64,000 nucleotides of DNA from positions 1-64,000 of IMG/VR virus record IMGVR_UViG_3300028394_000059; one strand, given 5' to 3'. Of this stretch, positions 47,204 to 58,683 are shown piece by piece (the stretch's first letter is position 1; each line of letters starts with the position of its first letter). The position numbers were made by a program, and so were the translations under genes. This DNA is from a virus. The notes beneath the pieces are model-generated. The model worked only from the letters and a program-made list of their open reading frames with translations. It ran no database searches and was not told the DNA's origin.

Positions 47204-49405
47204 ATGGCAAAAACACCATTTATAAGACCTTTACAAGTTCAGGGTGGTACATTCTACACATTCACGTCTTCAGCGGAAGATCTTTCTTTCACATTCAATA
47301 ATTCGGTTAATAAATTTAGATTCTCGAAGTTTGCTCTTTTGAATCTTCCTGATATAAACAACACATCAAACGGATCTGAGGATAATTTCATAAGATTGAA
47401 TGGACCTGACGGTGCATTTCTTGATTGGGCTAATGCAACAGGGAATATAATAACTGGTGACGGTAATATCGATTTCTCACAAAGTTTTCAGAGTTATTGT
47501 TTAAATCTGGAGTCAACAATAACGGCAACGGATGAATATGACTCAACACTAAAGCAAAACGTATCGGAAAGAATTTTCTTTAAATGGCTTAGAGAGCTCG
47601 GAGCAATAAGATTTAGAGGAGCTAATTCCGATGAGGTTGTTCCTACATTGGATCAAACAACCGTTACTACTGTTAATGGTTTACCAGTTACGCAAAAGAG
47701 ATATGCTGAGGGAGATGCACCAGCTGGAACAACTGGAGCATATGGAATGACTGGTGGTTATTATAGTAGAGTAGTCCAATATGTCGGTAATCTTGATATA
47801 GTAAACTCGGTAAAAAACTCCACCAACACTTATTCTGAGGTTTATGTTTACGTTCCGACAAAAGATGGTAATACACCATATGTTCTATTTAAGAATATTG
47901 CCGATAAAAACTATTATCCGGATTATCAATGGACAAACAATCCTAATAATCCTCTGAATGATGAATATCTGGTTGGAAGAAACTATGACGAGACAAATCC
48001 AAGCGGATTAACAAATCTAGCAATTTTCGATGATGATGTTCTTGGTGTACCTACTGCATCGTATATCGATACAGGTGTTAGTGCCTCAACAATAGCGGGT
48101 AATTGGTATTCTCCAAGAGATACTGCAAACACATATTTTACTGACTCATCTTTTGTCGATCCTTCCAATTACATTCTAACAAAGACTGATAATTCTAATA
48201 GTTTAACGTACATCAGAAGTAAGCTTGATTCGATAGGTATTGATTTCAATCCTAATTCATACCAGGGTATAATATCTGATCCTAGTATATCTACGTTGGA
48301 GGAGTTTAACTCTACCGCAGGTTCCTCAGACTTTGCGTTTAACGCGGTATTAATCTATTATGATGTATACGACCCTGCTATTCCTACTGATGTAGCTACG
48401 AACTTATATGGTGTTTTATTCCTAGACGATGTCAATACATCTAGCGGTGACATCTTTATCCCTAGACTACCGAAGCATAGACCTAATCCGGTTACTAAAT
48501 TAAATGGTAATTCATACGGATTTAAGATAAATTTAAAATTTGATACCGATATAGATCAAACTGGGGTAGAGCAAGCTATAAATGACTACTCTCCCTTCTC
48601 TTTATCCATGTTTATGGACGCTATGAACGTGTTACAAGACGCTAGCGCAACCTTAAACAATGCCTCAGTTGATTTCATCAATCTGAGCGATAGAGTCACT
48701 AATTTGGAGAATATAACGCTTTCGTCTCAAACCTCAGCTAATTTAGATAGAAGAATAACGGGACTGGAACAAACATTGGCAGCAAATCAGGCTTTATTTA
48801 ATAACACACATTCCATAATGGGTCTTATCAATCAGAATTATGATATGGTTAGAGCCATAATCAATAACAAGACGAGCGTGGAGGTGTCCTATAATTTGGA
48901 TCTTTTCAAACAAGGAAGTGGAATTTCTCTAGATAGATCAACTCCTAACGAGGTTACTGTTAATAGTATAAATCAAGATTTTACCATCGGTAACGATATG
49001 GGTAAAGGAACGCTTACACAAAATGGTAATAATGAAATAAATCTACTCAGATTCTCTAATTACTTTAAACACGTAAACAACGAAAATCCATTAACGTTAA
49101 CGGGTGACTTAACCATAAGAATAAATGATAATCCAGCAAACTGGAAGAATGGACAGAGGTTTAGATTATCATTTGGTGATATAGTCTATCCTGGTGAATA
49201 CTTCATTAACATATTAACAAATTCACAGGGTAAATATCCAATTTCTAATCCAAGTACTGTTAGTTATTCAACTACTATAATCACTCTGGATGATGATATG
49301 TTTAAAACACAAGGATATAAGCCAGTTTTGGATATAGTTTGTATCGATGAAAACAATTTAGAATTCCAGGTTGATATGATAGGTAAAAGCTTAACCAACA
49401 ATTAA
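47204..49405 (+). CDS. Virion structural protein
   Basis: 733-aa ORF in the structural run; short coiled coil (LSDRVTNLE..LDRRITGLE). Confidence 0.55.
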   Translation: MAKTPFIRPLQVQGGTFYTFTSSAEDLSFTFNNSVNKFRFSKFALLNLPDINNTSNGSEDNFIRLNGPDGAFLDWANATGNIITGDGNIDFSQSFQSYCLNLESTITATDEYDSTLKQNVSERIFFKWLRELGAIRFRGANSDEVVPTLDQTTVTTVNGLPVTQKRYAEGDAPAGTTGAYGMTGGYYSRVVQYVGNLDIVNSVKNSTNTYSEVYVYVPTKDGNTPYVLFKNIADKNYYPDYQWTNNPNNPLNDEYLVGRNYDETNPSGLTNLAIFDDDVLGVPTASYIDTGVSASTIAGNWYSPRDTANTYFTDSSFVDPSNYILTKTDNSNSLTYIRSKLDSIGIDFNPNSYQGIISDPSISTLEEFNSTAGSSDFAFNAVLIYYDVYDPAIPTDVATNLYGVLFLDDVNTSSGDIFIPRLPKHRPNPVTKLNGNSYGFKINLKFDTDIDQTGVEQAINDYSPFSLSMFMDAMNVLQDASATLNNASVDFINLSDRVTNLENITLSSQTSANLDRRITGLEQTLAANQALFNNTHSIMGLINQNYDMVRAIINNKTSVEVSYNLDLFKQGSGISLDRSTPNEVTVNSINQDFTIGNDMGKGTLTQNGNNEINLLRFSNYFKHVNNENPLTLTGDLTIRINDNPANWKNGQRFRLSFGDIVYPGEYFINILTNSQGKYPISNPSTVSYSTTIITLDDDMFKTQGYKPVLDIVCIDENNLEFQVDMIGKSLTNN

Positions 49406-49427
49406 TAAAATTAAATAACCAAAGGAA

Positions 49428-52400
49428 ATGGCAGGAACACAAAATTCAATAAGTTCTTTAGTAGCACAGTTTTTAAGACTGCAGAAAAATTCATTAGAGA
49501 TAATCAATGGATTAAACGAAGTTGCTGTTTCTACTAATAATACTGTAAGTATAGAAGTCCTGGATGAGCAGGGATTACCAAAGAACGCAAATATACCTTC
49601 CTATGGATTTCTAAGAGGGGAGATTCAAAGATTAGACAATAATATAAAATCACTTGCTGGAATAGGGGATACCTCAGCTACTGTTAGAAATCCTGATGGC
49701 ACTTATTCCCAAGTTTTTAAATATGATATACTAAGAGAACCCAGACCTCTAACCAACTTAGGTGTACCTAGCACTTTTAGTGTTAAGGATAATTGGTTTT
49801 TTGAAAGCTTTCTAAGCCCATTGCTTTATATTAATATAAATGTAACTGGACAGATAGTAGATGCTGCTGATAGAATAGTGGTTAAGAGAATAATAGCAAA
49901 CACTACAACAGAAACACAAAAAGCTTATTTTGACAGAGAGCTTAAGGGAAGGAATGATTTAACCTACGATCAGTATATACAGGCTTTATCCGATAATGGT
50001 ATACCTTACTTTGTTGATGAGGATATAATACAATTGCCACTAAGAACAATCCGATATATTGGTAATTTCAGTGTTCTTAGCTATTATGATGATACCGTTT
50101 CAGTAACGGATCAGAATGGTGCTACCGTTCAGGAATTAAGAAGAAATTATAAACTGGACAAGTTAAATTATACGGATACACTTACCGATGTTAAGGATGG
50201 AAAATCATTAAATGTTAATGATCAAGTTGCTACGCAAGACGGAAGCTTATATCAGATAACATCTATTGATAGGGATCAGGCATCATTTCAGGCGAAAAGG
50301 ATTTCAGGATATCAACCTATTCAGATAGGAGTAAACTCTTTATCCATATCATCAACAGATTTCGGACCTAGATTTGTCCAAGTAAATGTTGGTTATAATG
50401 AGAGACAAGGAGTTTTCTTTAAAACGATAGATGATAATTTTAATATAGTTAGCGCAAGTTGGTCAACGGGGGTTGTTTTCTGGAGTAATGAATTGCAGAC
50501 AAAAAATTCAAGCGGTGAATTAGTAACCCTGGAGAAATATTATCTAACTGAGGTTGCAGATTTGGGTAAAGTTTTTCTTGGTGCTGCCAAGGAGAATAAG
50601 ATCCCAGCAATACAGGGACTCGAACCAGATGCTCCCCTTCTTACTGATAGTAGTTTTAAGGTCGTACAGATAAACAAACAGGTAACTCAATCAACATCGA
50701 TTAAAGTTGTTTCTGATAAGCTTAACATTAAAACTACACTAAAAAGTGAGATTGATGCACTCGATGAATCAATAAATGACGCTAGATTACAATTAAATAC
50801 AGGCTTATCAAGATCTGATACCTATTCAGCACCTTCGAGATTTACCGGGAGAGGGGATGATGACTTTAGCGGAAGAGGATTTTTTGGAACGAGAAGATTA
50901 GCTTATCTTGTTGAAAGTCCATTAACATCACCTAGAGGTATTAATGTAGCTTCCATCAGAGCTAATCTTAATAATTTAATAGACGAAAGAACCAAAAAAG
51001 CTCAGCTTTATGCATCTTTAGTTGATGAAGTTAGTGTTTTAGTACAAGATGTACCACAAATAATTACACCAGCAAAATATAGGGTTAGGGGATTTTGGCC
51101 ATTTCCTGCTCCCAAAGTTGAGCCAGGTTCAGGACCTCAACAGGTTATACAATTCTCTGTTAAATACAGATATCTAAACGATAGCGGTTCATCGCAACCA
51201 TCCGAGCAGATAGAGTTTATCGATAATGATGGTGCTGCCAAAAATGCTGCATTTTCTAATTGGACGGAATATAAAACGGATATTAGAAAGAAAGTTTATG
51301 ATACAACTAGAGGTGTATATGTTTGGGCTGATGAACAGACATCTGATGCTAATGTTCAGAATATAAACCAGCTTGATATCCCTATAACAAAGGGAGAAAA
51401 AGTTGAGATTCAGATCGCATCAATATCAGAAGCTGGCTGGCCAGAAAATCCTCTGACCTCTGAATATTCTCAATCTGTTACTATATCCTTCCCCGATAAT
51501 CTTAGTGTTGATGGTGTTTCTGATACTCTTAAACAGAACAATGAGGATGCAGCGGTAGTTAAAGTTCAAAGAACCCTTGATGCCCAAGGATTACCAGCCC
51601 ATTTATCGCAACAGTTTACTTCCGGTGATAATACATATTATCACGACTCAATTGGTATAGCGAGCGGGTTTTATAATAGCGCAGGAACAGTAATAAATTT
51701 ATTTGATAAATTAACGGAGCTTCAGAATCAAATAGCTAATCTTTCTGCACAAATATCTACAGCTAAGGGTGTACTTGAAGTTTACATAGTGGATTCAAGC
51801 AGCAATAAGATTAAGGTTTCTAGAGGATCAACTGTTAAAATAGTTTCTGGTTTCTATAGCGACATATTTTCGGATCCTCTTGCAGCTGATGCTGGTAAGA
51901 TTGCTTCGTTTACGTATAGCATACAACTTTATAATGGTAAGGCATCATCGGTTGAATTGGCATCAACTATGCCAGGCGGACTTTCACAGAAAGTGCCATT
52001 TGCCATAACCCCTCAGTCTTATCCAGTGGGATATGACAGCAATCTTAGATACGGGGATTGCCCTATATCAATATCGTCTCTAGTATTAGCTGATACGTCG
52101 ATTGTTGATAATACTTACTTTAGACAAGCCCCACCATTTGCATCAGTTAGCTCATATTCCCAGTTCATATACCCTAGATACAGAACTGTTGGATATGATC
52201 AGCAGCTTTACACAGGGGAAAGCTTGGGTTCAAGTTTTTCTGCAGTATCGTCAACATCATATACATACGATGGACAGTTAAGTGTAACTAATTTTGGTAT
52301 AGCTGGAACATACCCACAGAATGGTACGATAATGATCCCTTATGATCCTACTCAAACAGCAGATTACTTAACTGTTACAGGAGCAGCAAATTCGAGTGTA

Positions 52401-53078
52401 TGGAACGGTACATATACAGGGACAGCTCCTAATGGGGGAGGCCTCATATCAGAATTCTGTATAGATAAGACACACCCATATCTAATTTCAGTTGGCAACG
52501 CATCGTCTTTTGTTGATTATGCAACATTAGTTAAACCATTTGCTACTAATGGTAAGGTGTATCCACCATTTAGACACACACAGACTTTCTGGGGTGATAC
52601 CACGTTAGATTACTATTGGGTGCAACAACAATATAGAACACCAGATACATTTGCAACCGGTGCAACTGCAGCTATATTTGACACCATGTATCCGGATAAA
52701 CTTGGGTTCACTTCAAATGACGAATATCTAATTGGTAAATTCTCCTGCGGATCATATCTTTACTTAGGTCCAGCATCAGGAACATCAACGCAAGTACAGG
52801 GAACAACATCCCTTTCGACGAGAACCCTTATGGAGGGTGATTCAAATGCTATTAATATACCTCTTGTTTTTCAATTTAGAGCGGTGGATAAAGCTGGATA
52901 TATCGGTGGATTCAGAAAATCAGGGAATCTTACAAACATAACATACGCTAAGAAAATTGGTGTGGATATTCAGGTCCAGAATGAGGATACATTCTCATTT
53001 GACGTACAGATCAGCGGATCATATAAGAACGATACTCTTGTTGCACCCAACTTTGACAGTGGACTTAGTTCAGTTTAA
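49428..53078 (+). CDS. Large virion structural protein
   Basis: 1216-aa ORF with coiled-coil segments and beta-rich domains. Confidence 0.55.
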   Translation: MAGTQNSISSLVAQFLRLQKNSLEIINGLNEVAVSTNNTVSIEVLDEQGLPKNANIPSYGFLRGEIQRLDNNIKSLAGIGDTSATVRNPDGTYSQVFKYDILREPRPLTNLGVPSTFSVKDNWFFESFLSPLLYININVTGQIVDAADRIVVKRIIANTTTETQKAYFDRELKGRNDLTYDQYIQALSDNGIPYFVDEDIIQLPLRTIRYIGNFSVLSYYDDTVSVTDQNGATVQELRRNYKLDKLNYTDTLTDVKDGKSLNVNDQVATQDGSLYQITSIDRDQASFQAKRISGYQPIQIGVNSLSISSTDFGPRFVQVNVGYNERQGVFFKTIDDNFNIVSASWSTGVVFWSNELQTKNSSGELVTLEKYYLTEVADLGKVFLGAAKENKIPAIQGLEPDAPLLTDSSFKVVQINKQVTQSTSIKVVSDKLNIKTTLKSEIDALDESINDARLQLNTGLSRSDTYSAPSRFTGRGDDDFSGRGFFGTRRLAYLVESPLTSPRGINVASIRANLNNLIDERTKKAQLYASLVDEVSVLVQDVPQIITPAKYRVRGFWPFPAPKVEPGSGPQQVIQFSVKYRYLNDSGSSQPSEQIEFIDNDGAAKNAAFSNWTEYKTDIRKKVYDTTRGVYVWADEQTSDANVQNINQLDIPITKGEKVEIQIASISEAGWPENPLTSEYSQSVTISFPDNLSVDGVSDTLKQNNEDAAVVKVQRTLDAQGLPAHLSQQFTSGDNTYYHDSIGIASGFYNSAGTVINLFDKLTELQNQIANLSAQISTAKGVLEVYIVDSSSNKIKVSRGSTVKIVSGFYSDIFSDPLAADAGKIASFTYSIQLYNGKASSVELASTMPGGLSQKVPFAITPQSYPVGYDSNLRYGDCPISISSLVLADTSIVDNTYFRQAPPFASVSSYSQFIYPRYRTVGYDQQLYTGESLGSSFSAVSSTSYTYDGQLSVTNFGIAGTYPQNGTIMIPYDPTQTADYLTVTGAANSSVWNGTYTGTAPNGGGLISEFCIDKTHPYLISVGNASSFVDYATLVKPFATNGKVYPPFRHTQTFWGDTTLDYYWVQQQYRTPDTFATGATAAIFDTMYPDKLGFTSNDEYLIGKFSCGSYLYLGPASGTSTQVQGTTSLSTRTLMEGDSNAINIPLVFQFRAVDKAGYIGGFRKSGNLTNITYAKKIGVDIQVQNEDTFSFDVQISGSYKNDTLVAPNFDSGLSSV

Positions 53079-53109
53079 TTGGTAAAATAAATTTTTATAA
53101 AAACAATAT

Positions 53110-56100
53110 ATGTCCGGAGCAAAGCTTTTTGATTATAATTCATCATTTTCAGTTATAAGAACAAATCCCAAATTAACCGGGAATTTTAGAATAACCGTTG
53201 ATTCTAATGGTGAGGTTAATTTCAATTCCATGAGTGTTAACCAAACATTAAGTGATAATAGATTTAAGGCATTTAATATTACGGGGGAGAATAGCTTTTC
53301 TCTTGACCTATTCAACTTCTTTGATAAAGGACAAACCCCTTATAATACTATCTTTCAGGTAGGTGAATTTACCAAAGGTGCAAGACAGATAGTTAAGGAG
53401 TATTCTGAACAATATGATTTCTATTATGCAAGTGGAGCATCACCACTAGCGGATAAAAATTACGGTGAATCATTTAGCTATTTTGCACCACTGTGGATAA
53501 AAAACGAGATACCAGACTATTTTGTTATATTTAAAGTTCCTGGACCGATTGCTTATCCATATTCAAAGAATTATACCACGATATCTCCAGGCATTAATTA
53601 CAAGATAGTCAAGGATTATTATAGCGAGGAAGATTTTAAGATAATATACGGTAAGGACCCTTCAGGTAACGATATAGTTTTAGGTAGTGGTGATATATTT
53701 ACCGGTAATAGCGTATATAATACATATACAATAATGAGTGGTGTTGGTAGAGTTGTTATCTACAACGAGCTAGAATATCTTGAAGAGAGTAATGATATAA
53801 ACACATTGTTTACACAAAAAATATTACCAAATCTTACCATAGTTAAAACATTCGATATTAGGGAAAATACAAAGATAGGAAAATATATTAGATCAGTATT
53901 TAATAACCCTCAATTCTCTAAATCCCCTATAGACGTTAGCTTTGGCCCTAATGCATACACCTATTTCAATGGTGTTTCCGTTAAGGATGGTATCTATACA
54001 AGGAAGGGTGAAATATTATCCACGTATTATTCAGGAGATTCATCGGATAAAATGATGGATTTCGAATCCTATGTAACATCTGGATTTTCTAGAAATGGTA
54101 TGATTTGTCCGAATCTTCTTAATATGGAATTCCTGTTTGATGATGATGACTCCGATATGTATACCATAAATAGATACATGGGATTCTATGTATCCAGAAA
54201 TGATATGGCATCACTGAGATTGGATGGTAATGCATTTTACGAATATAGAAACATGCCGGGTAATAATGATTTACCTAAGCCATCCAGAAATTCATTTGGA
54301 TATTATTATGACAATACCACATATGGTGTAACTGCTTCTAACGGGGTCAGATTATTCTATGAGGGTGCTAGCGGGTATCTTCCTGGATCTTGGGACGTTA
54401 ATAATTTGGATAGCAATAAGGTATTCTATCTGACCGATAAATATGACAATTTTTACAACCTAGGTAGGGCTAAGGATCTTGCTTTATTTGATTCGGCCAA
54501 CAATCCAATACCGGATGTTTCTTATGGACCATTTGATCCAGCTACCGGTGGATTTGTTATATATGGATCTTCGGGAGCAGCATCGGGTAACGTTCTTCTG
54601 CAGGACATGAATGTCGACCTACTTAATTTCACCGGGACGGATAAGAAAGTTGGAACAATACCAGGAACAAGAGCTACATCAGCGGGTAAAGCATATTGTG
54701 AAATAGAATTTACTAAGAACTATGATCTCAATACACCATTAACATTTAAGATATATTGGCCCAATGGTAAAAAGAAGGAGGGATCAAAAAGGTATGATAT
54801 TGTTACTGCTGATGATTTTTCTTCGTCACTGGTATGGGTAGCAGGTTCATATTATTCTACCGGATCTGACTATTATTTTAATGCAAAGGATGGTACATAC
54901 GAGGAGATAGCTACATCATTATCCAATCTATTGGATGAAGTTAATTATTCAACATGGGAAACTGGGGTTAATTTGAATTCCACAATCATAAGATTAAACG
55001 ATTCAGGAATATACGGGAATACGGACTATTCCATTAGTGTTTTCGATGATTATGCAGCTTTTGTTTCGTTATTTAGAGGTAATTGGTCAAACTCATTGTC
55101 TTATTCTATAAACGAGATAGTTATCTATAATGGCAATTACTATCAGACAAGCTCAAATATATCAGCTCCAGCCCAGGGTAGCTTTAATAGCAATCCCGAT
55201 GCTGCTGCTGGATGGACTCATTATATGACATTTTCTAATCCGGGATACCTTAAAATAAATGGTACCGATGCCTCCGCTATAGGCAGTGCGGTTTATTTTG
55301 AGGGGGGTACTAGGAGCATTAACAATAGGATAATATTCCCTGCGGAATATGATGGATTAGTGGAACCTGGATATTACATCAAAACCACTGCGGGATATTC
55401 TATTATTACTAGTGTTACCAAATATGTTGATTTACCCAAACTGGATTCAGTAACAAGAAAAATAATAGGGTTTGATGATTTTACATATCTTAGGGTAGCT
55501 AATATCGGTGAATCGGTAGTAACCTCGACTAACCGTCTTAACACTCCATTTACACCTATTGTTGAGCTAGGATCGGATAATTCTTTTAATACATATAAAA
55601 CCCCCGATTTAAAAATAGGAGTATTTACATTCTTTGATTCTAAGGAATTTGATTTTGACTTTTGGAGTTCTGCTTATGGATATACACCAACAGCGGAAAC
55701 GTATAAATACTTTCAACTACAGCCAGATGTAGCAAATACAATAGTAAAAAATATACCATACGTAATAAAACAGGGTCAAATAAATTATGCAGGATCCCTA
55801 TATGACCAGGGAAACATATTTTATGGTGCTACCGGATATACATCCTTTACTGATGCTAATCCTAATTTATTCAAGGATCTTATAGTTATACCAGCTCAGT
55901 ATTCAGATATTGACTATGATCCTTCCGCTTTAAATTATTCACAGATAGGCTATAATGGGGATTTAGATGCTTTTAATGGATTCATAGGTATACAGAGTTT
56001 AACACCAAATACTCTAGCTGACACAGCATCCAAATTGCAAATATTTAACAGGGGTAAATTAGACACCGAGTATGAATATTTGCAGGAAAATTATACCGCG

Positions 56101-58677
56101 GAGAGAGCCAATGTTTCCAGAATAGTTCCTTTTATAAATAAATGGGCATATACTTCAGGTACAGATTCTAGGGGTAACAATTATAGACTTAATGTTAGCC
56201 CTGCATTCTCTCCGACAAATTTTTCACCTAGTTTGGATAAGAACGTTCCTGACTCAAGATATGTTACGCATGAGTGGTTCTTATTGGAACAGCCGCCCGT
56301 AGGATTTCCTGTAGATCAGATGCAGAATCAAAATAGTTATCTTCCGGGAAAGATAGATTTGGATAAAGCTAGAAGTGCAGATCCTTCGGATTACCTGTAC
56401 CTTAATTCATATTTTACAGTGGAACCGTCCGATTATGAATCACAATATGTTGATAATACCTCATATACAAAAGAATTATTTACACCGTTTAAATATAATA
56501 AATCGGATGGATATTACGAGACTCTATTTAGAGGAGTAAAGGTTACTTTAAGGAAAAGATCAAATATCTCGGATGCTTATTCAAATTCTGCAGATAAATA
56601 TATTCCTAAATACAGAGGATATGAGGATTATAAATTTGCTGCTATATTAAGGCCAATAGACGAGAATGACTCCACAATACAGGATCCTGTTCGATATGAA
56701 ATAATAGAAAATCAACAGCAGAAATTCATACTATTTGTTTGTGATGTTTTGATGGGTGATTATAAATCTTTACCAATAGGATATACGGGTGGAACCGGTG
56801 GGACAGGTGGGACAGGTGGGACAGGTGGAACCGGTGGATCACCTGTTCTTGATTATACACTATTGTATTCATTAAGTAATAAGGAAAAATTAAGAAATCC
56901 GTTATCCGTTGGTGAAAAATATTATGAGATGGCGGACATAAAGTTAAGCTCAGCTCTAGATCTATCGCTTTCTTCAGGTAGCATAGTAGATACATCAAGA
57001 AGCCCAGGTATAATAAATTATATACCTAGTAGTACATATGATACTGATCTTAGAGAGGAAATACACACATTTTATGCTGAGAACTCTGTTGGTGCAGTTT
57101 CTGGACCAAGTCCAACCGGTATCGGAAGCTTCGATGTTCCGTCTATATCAGGAACATATCCTTGGCCCATAGGGGTCGGACCTAATTATATCGAATTCGG
57201 AAAGGTTGCAACCGGTGCTGCTAACTACACATTTCAGATACCGTTTTCTGCATCCAATCCAGTGACAGTCCCTGTTGGACCAGCATCCGTATATAGGGGC
57301 AATCCTGTTTTTCAGAAGGGTGGGGGTGAGAATTATTATGATTCTATATTAACAAGAATAACAGCTGCTGATATCTCAGCAAGAATAAATAGAGGATCTA
57401 AATACATCTTGTATAAAACCTACGTCTGGGATGAAGTAAATTCTGTCACTGTTGAAAAATCTGATGATTTCCAGCTGCGTTTGGATAGACCGACAAGGAT
57501 AGTTAAAGGGAAGGGTACAAGGATAACCGATTTCTACGGGGGTCCACAAACAATCGGGCAATATACACCTACAGGTTACACTATTCAATCAAATCAGGAT
57601 CTTCCCTCAACACTACTTAGGTATTCTGGAGGGTATGAACCTTTATTCAGAAAAGTAATACATTTTGATGGTGATAAAAGTGATAAAATATCGGGATATA
57701 CCGCTTTAGATCTATCATTTAGAAATTGTAATTTTGCACCGAATAAATTATATTTCGGTGTATCAAGAAATCTACAGTTCGCTAAGGTTTCACCCGATAG
57801 CAATATATTATCATTAAGCGAAAATTTACCGGAGGGACCTGTATATCCATTGGTTGGACAGTCACCTATATGGAAGAAAGACTTTAATTTATTTTCTTCC
57901 TCATGGGATCCTGGTTATTACCAAAAATTTACTGGGCCCTCAGTATATACTGATGTAGCGGGTACAAGATCGATGAAAGAATATAAAAACTTCTTTGGGT
58001 CAAAAATAATGAAGACACCGGATCCTGTTGATTTTGATAATTACATAACCCTGCAGATATCTAGAACTAATGGTAATACCGACGTTGCAGCACTGAATAA
58101 TTCTATAGATTCTTACATAAAATCAGTCCAGGAAATATCGCCTACCAATTCGGGGACCGGTATAGGAAGTGTTGGACCATATCTTTCCGGTGTGGATTAT
58201 GATAAAATAGATCCTAATATATTTCCTGATGCTGAAATCATTTGGCAATATTTTAAGGAGACGAATCTAATAAAGGGTACGATAAGGCTAGATAAAATGC
58301 TAAGGAGATATCTTCTTAACTCCGGAATAAAACAAGTATTTATAGATAATATGATTTCTGATTTTGGAGTAGGAAGTCCTGATTCAATAGATGATGATGT
58401 TAATACTTATATAGATCTTAATGTATCCCCTTTATATATGGGAAATATTTTTGATCTTTATGTAAATAAAAACGGAACTACTGAGGGCAAATTAATGGAT
58501 CCTAACTACATGGTAAGAGGTGATATAACATCGTCGGATAGATATAAAATGGGATATATCAATGAGATCAATTATAAATTAACAAAAAATAAGGATTTAA
58601 TTTATAATTTTGAGTATAATCTGGAGAGCAATTATAATTATTCACTGCTCTTTGACCTAGGAATAACTAAGATATAA
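53110..58677 (+). CDS. Very large virion structural protein with a CBM5/12-like module and (GGT)n insert
   Basis: 1855 aa; RGNWSNSLSYSINEIVIYNGNYY...PDAAAGW carbohydrate-binding-like motif at about 55075-55216. Confidence 0.55.
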   Translation: MSGAKLFDYNSSFSVIRTNPKLTGNFRITVDSNGEVNFNSMSVNQTLSDNRFKAFNITGENSFSLDLFNFFDKGQTPYNTIFQVGEFTKGARQIVKEYSEQYDFYYASGASPLADKNYGESFSYFAPLWIKNEIPDYFVIFKVPGPIAYPYSKNYTTISPGINYKIVKDYYSEEDFKIIYGKDPSGNDIVLGSGDIFTGNSVYNTYTIMSGVGRVVIYNELEYLEESNDINTLFTQKILPNLTIVKTFDIRENTKIGKYIRSVFNNPQFSKSPIDVSFGPNAYTYFNGVSVKDGIYTRKGEILSTYYSGDSSDKMMDFESYVTSGFSRNGMICPNLLNMEFLFDDDDSDMYTINRYMGFYVSRNDMASLRLDGNAFYEYRNMPGNNDLPKPSRNSFGYYYDNTTYGVTASNGVRLFYEGASGYLPGSWDVNNLDSNKVFYLTDKYDNFYNLGRAKDLALFDSANNPIPDVSYGPFDPATGGFVIYGSSGAASGNVLLQDMNVDLLNFTGTDKKVGTIPGTRATSAGKAYCEIEFTKNYDLNTPLTFKIYWPNGKKKEGSKRYDIVTADDFSSSLVWVAGSYYSTGSDYYFNAKDGTYEEIATSLSNLLDEVNYSTWETGVNLNSTIIRLNDSGIYGNTDYSISVFDDYAAFVSLFRGNWSNSLSYSINEIVIYNGNYYQTSSNISAPAQGSFNSNPDAAAGWTHYMTFSNPGYLKINGTDASAIGSAVYFEGGTRSINNRIIFPAEYDGLVEPGYYIKTTAGYSIITSVTKYVDLPKLDSVTRKIIGFDDFTYLRVANIGESVVTSTNRLNTPFTPIVELGSDNSFNTYKTPDLKIGVFTFFDSKEFDFDFWSSAYGYTPTAETYKYFQLQPDVANTIVKNIPYVIKQGQINYAGSLYDQGNIFYGATGYTSFTDANPNLFKDLIVIPAQYSDIDYDPSALNYSQIGYNGDLDAFNGFIGIQSLTPNTLADTASKLQIFNRGKLDTEYEYLQENYTAERANVSRIVPFINKWAYTSGTDSRGNNYRLNVSPAFSPTNFSPSLDKNVPDSRYVTHEWFLLEQPPVGFPVDQMQNQNSYLPGKIDLDKARSADPSDYLYLNSYFTVEPSDYESQYVDNTSYTKELFTPFKYNKSDGYYETLFRGVKVTLRKRSNISDAYSNSADKYIPKYRGYEDYKFAAILRPIDENDSTIQDPVRYEIIENQQQKFILFVCDVLMGDYKSLPIGYTGGTGGTGGTGGTGGTGGSPVLDYTLLYSLSNKEKLRNPLSVGEKYYEMADIKLSSALDLSLSSGSIVDTSRSPGIINYIPSSTYDTDLREEIHTFYAENSVGAVSGPSPTGIGSFDVPSISGTYPWPIGVGPNYIEFGKVATGAANYTFQIPFSASNPVTVPVGPASVYRGNPVFQKGGGENYYDSILTRITAADISARINRGSKYILYKTYVWDEVNSVTVEKSDDFQLRLDRPTRIVKGKGTRITDFYGGPQTIGQYTPTGYTIQSNQDLPSTLLRYSGGYEPLFRKVIHFDGDKSDKISGYTALDLSFRNCNFAPNKLYFGVSRNLQFAKVSPDSNILSLSENLPEGPVYPLVGQSPIWKKDFNLFSSSWDPGYYQKFTGPSVYTDVAGTRSMKEYKNFFGSKIMKTPDPVDFDNYITLQISRTNGNTDVAALNNSIDSYIKSVQEISPTNSGTGIGSVGPYLSGVDYDKIDPNIFPDAEIIWQYFKETNLIKGTIRLDKMLRRYLLNSGIKQVFIDNMISDFGVGSPDSIDDDVNTYIDLNVSPLYMGNIFDLYVNKNGTTEGKLMDPNYMVRGDITSSDRYKMGYINEINYKLTKNKDLIYNFEYNLESNYNYSLLFDLGITKI
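56785..56838 (+). repeat. 9-bp tandem repeat encoding (TGG)6
   Basis: acgggtgga accggtggg acaggtggg acaggtggg acaggtgga accggtgga. Confidence 0.9.
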
Positions 58678-58683
58678 AAGAAT

